This document shows positions 58,031-64,000 of a stretch of 64,000 nucleotides of DNA, in pieces. Source of the DNA: Chrysemys picta bellii (Eukaryota); NCBI RefSeq assembly GCF_011386835.1, contig NC_088794.1, positions 8,680,001 through 8,744,000 of the forward strand. Direction: 5' to 3'. The first letter of the stretch is position 1. The number at the start of each line of letters is the position of its first letter. The position numbers were made by a program, and so were the translations under genes. The notes beneath the pieces are model-generated. The model was not told the DNA's origin. It did not search any database and saw only the letters and a list, made by a program, of their open reading frames with translations.

Positions 58031-60847
58031 CCAGTGGCATCTGCGTGAGGGGAGCACGATTAAAGCATCTGGCATTTAGTGCCTTCAGCACCGGGTGAAT
58101 GATCACTGTGTAAACAGCCCCTGCACCCCAATCCAGAGGTGGTACATCCCTGGATTAAATCGCTTCTCCCCACCCGGAGTTCCCTGTACAAACAGCTGCC
58201 CCACCCCAGAGGTGGCTGCATCTCACTGATGCTTACCCGTCCCTATGGACTCACCTGGGGTCTCTGCTGGGGTTGCTCTCCCACCTGTGTCGCCCTCACT
58301 CCCAGCTGTGGATTGAGAGGTTGCTCTTGGGGTAGCTTTTCCCACTGGGCTGACTGACTGCATCAGGCATCCTGAGCCCAACCTCATATCAGCCTCTGCA
58401 GCTGCTGGGGGGTGGGTATGTGGTTTCCTGTGACATCAAACAGAGACACTGATCCCGCCTTCCCCATTGCTACCCTCAAGGCATTAAAAGCCCCCATAGA
58501 GGTCACATGAGAGTCCAGCCAGATTACAGGTGGGGACTGCTTTCTGATCCACTCCAGAAACTATTGCCCCACTCCAGAAACTGTATCACAGAACCGGGCA
58601 AGGGATCCCCATACAAATAGCAGGTATACTCCGGAAGGGGACGCATCTTAGTGCCAGGCAAATGATGGTTGTACAACCAGCTGTCCCACCCCAGAGGCAT
58701 CTGCATTACAGCACTGGGCAAGAGCTCCTTTTATAAACAGCCTTTGTGCCCTTCCCCAGAGGCGGTTGCATCTAGATTAATAAATTCCAAGGCCAGAAGG
58801 GACCACTGTGATCATTTAGTCTGACCTCCTGGCTAACACAGGCCAGACACCTCCTCCCAAATAATCCCTAGAGCAGAGCTTGTAGAAAAACATCCAATCT
58901 TGATTTATAAATTGTCAGTGATGGAGAATCCACCACTACCTTTGGTAAATGGTTCCAGTGGTTAATTACTCTCCCCATGCAAAATTGAGGCCTTATTTCC
59001 AGTCTGAATTTGTCTAGCTTCCACTTTTAGCCATTGGATCTTGTTCTACCTTTCTCTGCTAGTTTGAAGAACACATGATCAAAGATTTGTTGCCCATACA
59101 GATACATATAGAGGTAACCAAGTGACCCCTTAACCGTCTCTTTGTCTCTTGGTGTGAGGTGAGGGACCCTATGTAAATAGCCCCGGCCACCCACACCAGA
59201 GGAAGCTGCATCTCAGTGGTGGGGGACGGATTCCCTTATAAAATAGCCCTCATTCCGCACACCAGATCCAGCTTCCAGGTCCGTGTCAGTGGCAGACAGT
59301 GATCCCAGTATAAACAGCCCCCCCCACCCACTGGAGAAGCAGCTCTTTCTCACCGCTGCGTGAGGGATCTCAGCTCTACAGCTTCTCAGCATGGCATGGG
59401 TTAACTGCATCAGGAGATTGTGGCGGTTATTATTAACTGCGGAAGGAGTGACTGGGGTCTGGGCAAGGAGATAAATAGGAGCAGGAAGGGATTTTCCTTT
59501 GTCATCCTTACCACTCTCGGTTCCTCGAGCAACGTCCCCTGTCCCACAGGGATGTTAGAAGCACACGCAGTCCAGTGGCTACAGTCCTGGGGCCTGTGTG
59601 TGATCCCACTGGGGTTAGCTGTCTCCTCCCGCTAGATGTGCTCTCTGGCCTGTCAATGCTTTGATGTTTTGGGAGTTGGTGTTGGAGAGTTGGGGGGGGG
59701 GGGTGTATCGGGGTCAGCAGGGACCTCCTGATTCCAACTCACATAAAGGGTTAGTAAGAGGGGTTCAGGCCCTTCCAGAACCGGCTATGTGGGGGGAGTG
59801 AACACGGAGGGTCAGGCTCTCATAAATGGGCAAGGGGCCCCAGATCCTGGCACACATACACAGGGGGAGGGAGCAGGACTCAGGTACCCCCAGAGAGGCC
59901 AGGCCCCCTATATCCCAACTCACATGTTGGGGCAGGAAAGGGGCTTAGACTCCGTTGCTGGGGCAGAGGGCTCCCAGATCCTGGCAGATCCTGCCATATC
60001 CTCCCAGATACCTCACAAAGGTAGGAAGAGGGGCTAGCCCCCCGCTAGGTCTTAGCATACACACAGAAGGGGGGGAATATGGGGCTGACTTGATAGGCAC
60101 TCCGGCTGCTATTCTCCTCCAGCCCTCCTGCCACTCACCCCATATTCCCTCTTCCCTGTGTCCTTCCTCCTCACCTGAGTCCCCCAACCTTCTCACCACC
60201 CCATCCCCATTTATCCCCCTTCCCACAATACCCAGTCCCCTCAGTGCAACCCCAAAACTCTCCCCCTACTCCTCCACCCAATGCACATCAATTTTTTTAC
60301 AAAAATACGTTGATTACTTTGCCTCCAAATAAAATAATAAAAATCCTAGACAGCGACAGATTTTTTTCTCCAACATTTTTCTAGATTTCTGCCAAGTGTG
60401 GGACTTAAATGGACAGGGAGGGGTGGGTCTTGTTTAAAGGCTTACCTACAAGTAGCCTTGTGCTATCCTGCTGCAATTAAATCTATATTCTATAATCACT
60501 GTCTGTGCATGCTCAGTGTACTCTATTTGGCATGTGAGCCAAGGCATGGTGACACAACCTAATAGAAGAACCAACTCTTTGGCTGATAAGACTGTAATTT
60601 GATTTCCCCCAGAGGGCTGGTGTGTAACATGCATTGGGGTAACTTTCAAATGACTGAGGGCCTGGTGCGATGACTTCAGCAATGTTTTGATCTCTATCCC
60701 TGTGCAAAAAATCATTGCCAAAACATGTCAACTTTAGTCTGTTTTGTGTGTGTGTGGAGGGCCAGTATCTTGTGAGCCGCTTGTTCAAATGGCCCTAAAT
60801 TTGGGTCACTAACCAAACCCCATGCCACCATGAGGAACACAAAATGT

Positions 60848-60955
60848 CATAGAATCATAGAAGATTAGGGTTGGAAGAGACCTCAGGAGGTCATCTAGTC
60901 CAAGCCCCTGCTCAAAGCAGGACCAATTCCCAACTAAATCATCCCAGACAGGGCT
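60848..60955 (-). mobile_element. CR1 3' terminal fragment
   Basis: catagaatcatagaa is the (ATTCTATG)n CR1 tail in antisense, followed by CR1 3' UTR sequence. Confidence 0.85.
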
Positions 60956-61119
60956 CCATCTTCTAGTCCCTATTGCAACAAACTATCTCACCAAACTATC
61001 TCACCAAATCTGTTACCTGGGATTATCTGAACCTGAATCTGTAGTAATTTACAATTTTCTCTCAAGGCAATTTCAATCAAGCAGGGAAGGGTGTCACAGT
61101 GCCACTGGTTGATAAATGA

Positions 61120-62088
61120 GTGTTTGTTGCGGTGCGTGCAGGGTTTAAGGGTGGAGGGGCACCACCTACAAGTCCACTCCCCGACTTCTCAGACAACTGG
61201 GTCGGGGTCTGAGGCCTGAAACACAAGCGATGTCCCCTGGGGTCAGGGCAGCAGGGCTGGCTTTAGGCCGATTTGCCTGATTCTCAGGAATTGGGCCCCG
61301 TGCACTCACCCCGGTGGCGGTCGTCTTCGGGGCCCGCGCTCCCCTGGCCAGAGTGCCGGCCGGGGCATGGTAAGCCCTGTGGCCCTGTGACCCCGGCCGG
61401 AGCGCAGCAAGCCCCGCGGCCCCCACGACCCCGGCCGGCAATCGGAAGTGCCGCCCCAGGAATCGGGCCCCGCACTTGCTAAAGCCGGCCCTGCAGGGCA
61501 GCGTGGCCTATCGGCCAGAGTCCAATGGAATAGCCCTTGGGGTCAGGGCAGCATGGCCTAGAGGCCAGAATCCCATAGGTGGGGTTCACTCACACAGGAA
61601 TGTGGTGGCCCCAGTAGGGGGGCCCAGGCCCACCCAACTCCACCAGGCCCCAACCTGGGGCCCTAACAGTGGCCAAGCAATTTGCCACTGGCTCAGCTGA
61701 GCATTCTCGAGTGGGAAGTACCACTCCTTCACCCTCCCTCGGTCACTTCCTAGCAGTATCTGCGTGGAGGTCCCCCATGAGGCTTTGGCTCCTCCATGGT
61801 CCACTGTGCTGGTCGCCTCCAGAGGCTCCTCCGATCACAGGGGTTCAAGCAGGTCTCGGGAGGCTCTGGTCCCCAACACATACAGGGTCTGTGGCTGGTC
61901 CTCCCCAGTAGCTTCCAAGACCGGTCCTTCCCCTGCGGCTGCAAGCCCAGAACGAGCTGGGCTTCCTCCCTTTATACTGCTAGAGCATTTGGAGCATGCC
62001 CAATCCCACCTGGGAGGTGGAACTTCTGCTGTCAATAATATGGGCTTAACCCTGTCTGAGCTAGTGCAGGGTAAGCAGACCCCGTCAC
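61120..62088 (-). mobile_element. Probable solo LTR; left boundary uncertain
   Basis: Right end ...ccccgtcaca (TGTGAC on the - strand), TATA-like tttatactg near 61972; no clean TSD found. Confidence 0.45.
61252..61493. mobile_element. hAT MITE, same family as 2912-3411
   Basis: TIR CAGGGCTGGCTTTAG / CTAAAGCCGGCCCTG; exact 8-bp TSD CAGGGCAG. Confidence 0.9.
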
Positions 62089-62649
62089 AGTGGTACAAAA
62101 AAGAGTGCTTTCAACCAAAGCTCCTTCTTTATTGGGTTTTATTGCAATAGCAATAGTCTAGAGCACCCCAGATATAGTTACCCAAAGTCTGAGATGGTTT
62201 CGAGTGGCAATAGAATATTTCAGGTGATCAGCCTTCCTCCTAGCTGCTGGGGAGTAAGATGTTAGCTCCTTGCTTGTAGAAAAACATCTCTGAACTCATC
62301 TACATTACATGCTCTTACTTATCTTTTTATAGATTATTCAAACAAAGCACATAACTTCTAGTTACCCCAAGTGGGCTAACTATTCTCCTAGCATTAGCAA
62401 AAACAACTCATCATTTTATTTATCAGCAAAACAACTTTTAGTCATAGCAACAGCATGGAACTCATAATCAGAGCTATTCATGTAGCTGAATTTGCGTATC
62501 TTAAATCAACCCCTCCCCCCCCGTAGTGAGGACGTAGCCAAAGGCTTGTCTATGCAGGTACATTTAAAGGCATTATTAATCCAGTCTAATTATACTGGAA
62601 TAGTTAAACCAGATTAAACCCTTGTGTGGATGAACCTCATTCAGAATAA

Positions 62650-62928
62650 GGGTACGTATCGACAGGTAGCGATCGATTTATCGGGGATCGATATATCGCG
62701 TCTCGTTAAGACACGATATATCGATCCCCGAATGCGCTCTCCGTCAACTCCGGAACTCCACCGGAGTGAGCGGCAGTAGCGGAGTCAACGGGGGAGCCGC
62801 GACCGTCAATCCCACGCCGTATGGACCCCAGGTAAATCGATCTAAGATACTTCAACTTCAGCTACGTTATTCACGTAGCTGAAGTTGCGTATCTTAGATC
62901 GATCCCCCACCCTAGTGTAGACTAGCCC
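62650..62928. mobile_element. PIF/Harbinger-type MITE nested in an older related element (~62544-63052)
   Basis: GGGTACGT.../...AGTGTAGACTAGCCC ends; 3-bp TSD TAA; internal palindromes. The host has GGCTTGTCTA / TAGACAAAGCC ends. Confidence 0.8.
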
Positions 62929-63146
62929 TAACTGTGGCCTTAATTAGATTGATCTTAATTCACACAGGAGTTTAGTCCAATTCAGATAATCCAGTTTAAA
63001 TTAATCTCTAGTTAATTTTGATTAATTAATTTTCTTGAGTGTAGACAAAGCCTTCAGAACTTTGGACAATCCCACCCACATGGATGAGAGCAGTGCCACT
63101 GTGTTGCTCAGGGCTGGGGGGGCAGGGGCTCTTGCTCTACTTCTAT

Positions 63147-63345
63147 GGGGGGAGGGATAGCTCAGTGAGCATTGAGCATTGGCCTGCTAAACCCAGCATT
63201 GTGAGTTCAATCCTTGAGGGGGCCACTTAGGGATCTGGGGCAAAATCAGTACTTAGTCCTGCTAGTGAAGGCAGGGGGCTGGACTTGATGACCTTTCAAG
63301 GTCCCTTCCAGTTCTAGGAGATGGGATATCTCCATTAATTTTTTT
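63147..63345 (+). mobile_element. tRNA-derived SINE with CR1-like 3' tail (tortoise PolIII/SINE type)
   Basis: GGGATAGCTCAGTG (A box), GAGTTCAATCC (B box), then ggactTgatgacctttcaaggtcccttccagttct (CR1 3' end) and a T-rich tail. Confidence 0.85.
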
Positions 63346-63894
63346 TTATTTTCATATGGCCCTAGCTATGAACTCAATCCTGGGTATCTGCCAGCCAGAG
63401 AGAAGGGTTTCGGCAGCCCCTGAACAGAGGCAGGGAGGTAGCTGGGCGCTCCATGGGGAAGCCAAGAGATGCCACACTCAGAGCATGCTGCCAGAGCCCC
63501 AGACATTCACTCTAGGCAACAGGAGCATGGGATTGGAAACACTTCATTCACACAGGCGCTAGCTGCATATAGGAAGCAAGGGGGCTACATACATCACCTT
63601 TGTCCTTGTGAAAGTAAACTGCTGAATTAGTTGTTGTGTGTTTAGAGTTGTGGGAAGTAAAACCTGTGGGTGGATGAGACAGTGATGTCACATCTGAGGA
63701 CTCTGAAGGCCCATGGGGTTGCTAGAAGCCACCATGGGACAAGGACTGGCAGAAGAGAGAGTTGAGGCGCTCTGGCCCTATGGGGTTGTTCTGGGGTCTC
63801 AATGAAGGTGCCAGGAATGGACTTTCAAGAGTTGTCCATCAGGGACTGTATGGTTCCAGCTACTTTGTCTCACTGTCTCTTTACCAGTTCGGAG

Positions 63895-64000
63895 TGTTGC
63901 CTGCCCAGACGGGCCTCGAGATGGCAAACAGGGTTCGTTGCCCGATGTGCTTGGCACCAATAAAGACATCGAGGGGAGAAAGCAAGCCAAGTTTATTTCA
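63895..64000 (-). mobile_element. LTR end, same family as 9477-9991, cut by the window edge
   Basis: TGTTGCC...gttgcccgatgtgc..ccaataaa..aagtttattt aligns with 9477-9580. Confidence 0.7.

Larger units (their letters stand above)
47205..59145. repeat. Tandem duplication of 3' flank + GP1BA-like gene + upstream region; units 47205-53405 and 53405-59145
   Basis: Near-identical flanks (ORFs 47298/53499, 49392/55129, 52792/58524), roughly 95% by eye; length difference mainly from the hAT minisatellite. Confidence 0.93.

Overview
Vertebrate nuclear DNA, most likely turtle. This is inferred from PsCR1-type CR1 LINEs, a tortoise-type tRNA/CR1 SINE, Penelope, Vingi, LF-SINE and abundant hAT/Harbinger MITEs. 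Left to right: (1) a 10-exon maestro-HEAT-like (MROH-like) pseudogene (+, 2080-7743); (2) solo LTRs, a Penelope GIY-YIG fragment and a deleted Gypsy-type LTR element; (3) a ~1.9-kb-arm inverted repeat (15.1-20.5 kb) whose outer half is far more homogeneous than its inner half; (4) an intact 3-exon SCAN + 4xC2H2 zinc-finger gene (-, 22839-26967); (5) a segmentally duplicated block carrying a decayed tRNA cluster; (6) a cluster of three platelet glycoprotein Ib alpha (GP1BA)-like loci on the - strand. Two loci (49862-51745, 55598-57472) are intact membrane receptors with signal peptide, LRRNT-LRRs-LRRCT, mucin VNTR, juxtamembrane CC, TM and tail. The third (34084-37754) is the standout: one signal peptide followed by four in-frame tandem copies of the whole GPIb-alpha ectodomain (924-bp unit), with the TM/cytoplasmic part deleted. 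It is a candidate secreted, multivalent GPIb-alpha-like protein of 919 aa with 3 modules as written, or ~1223 aa with 4 modules if one homopolymer indel is a sequencing error. The six ectodomains differ mainly in the C-terminal LRRs and LRRCT and show mosaic, conversion-like patches. All family assignments are from motif recognition by eye; no database search was run, and identities and counts are manual estimates.
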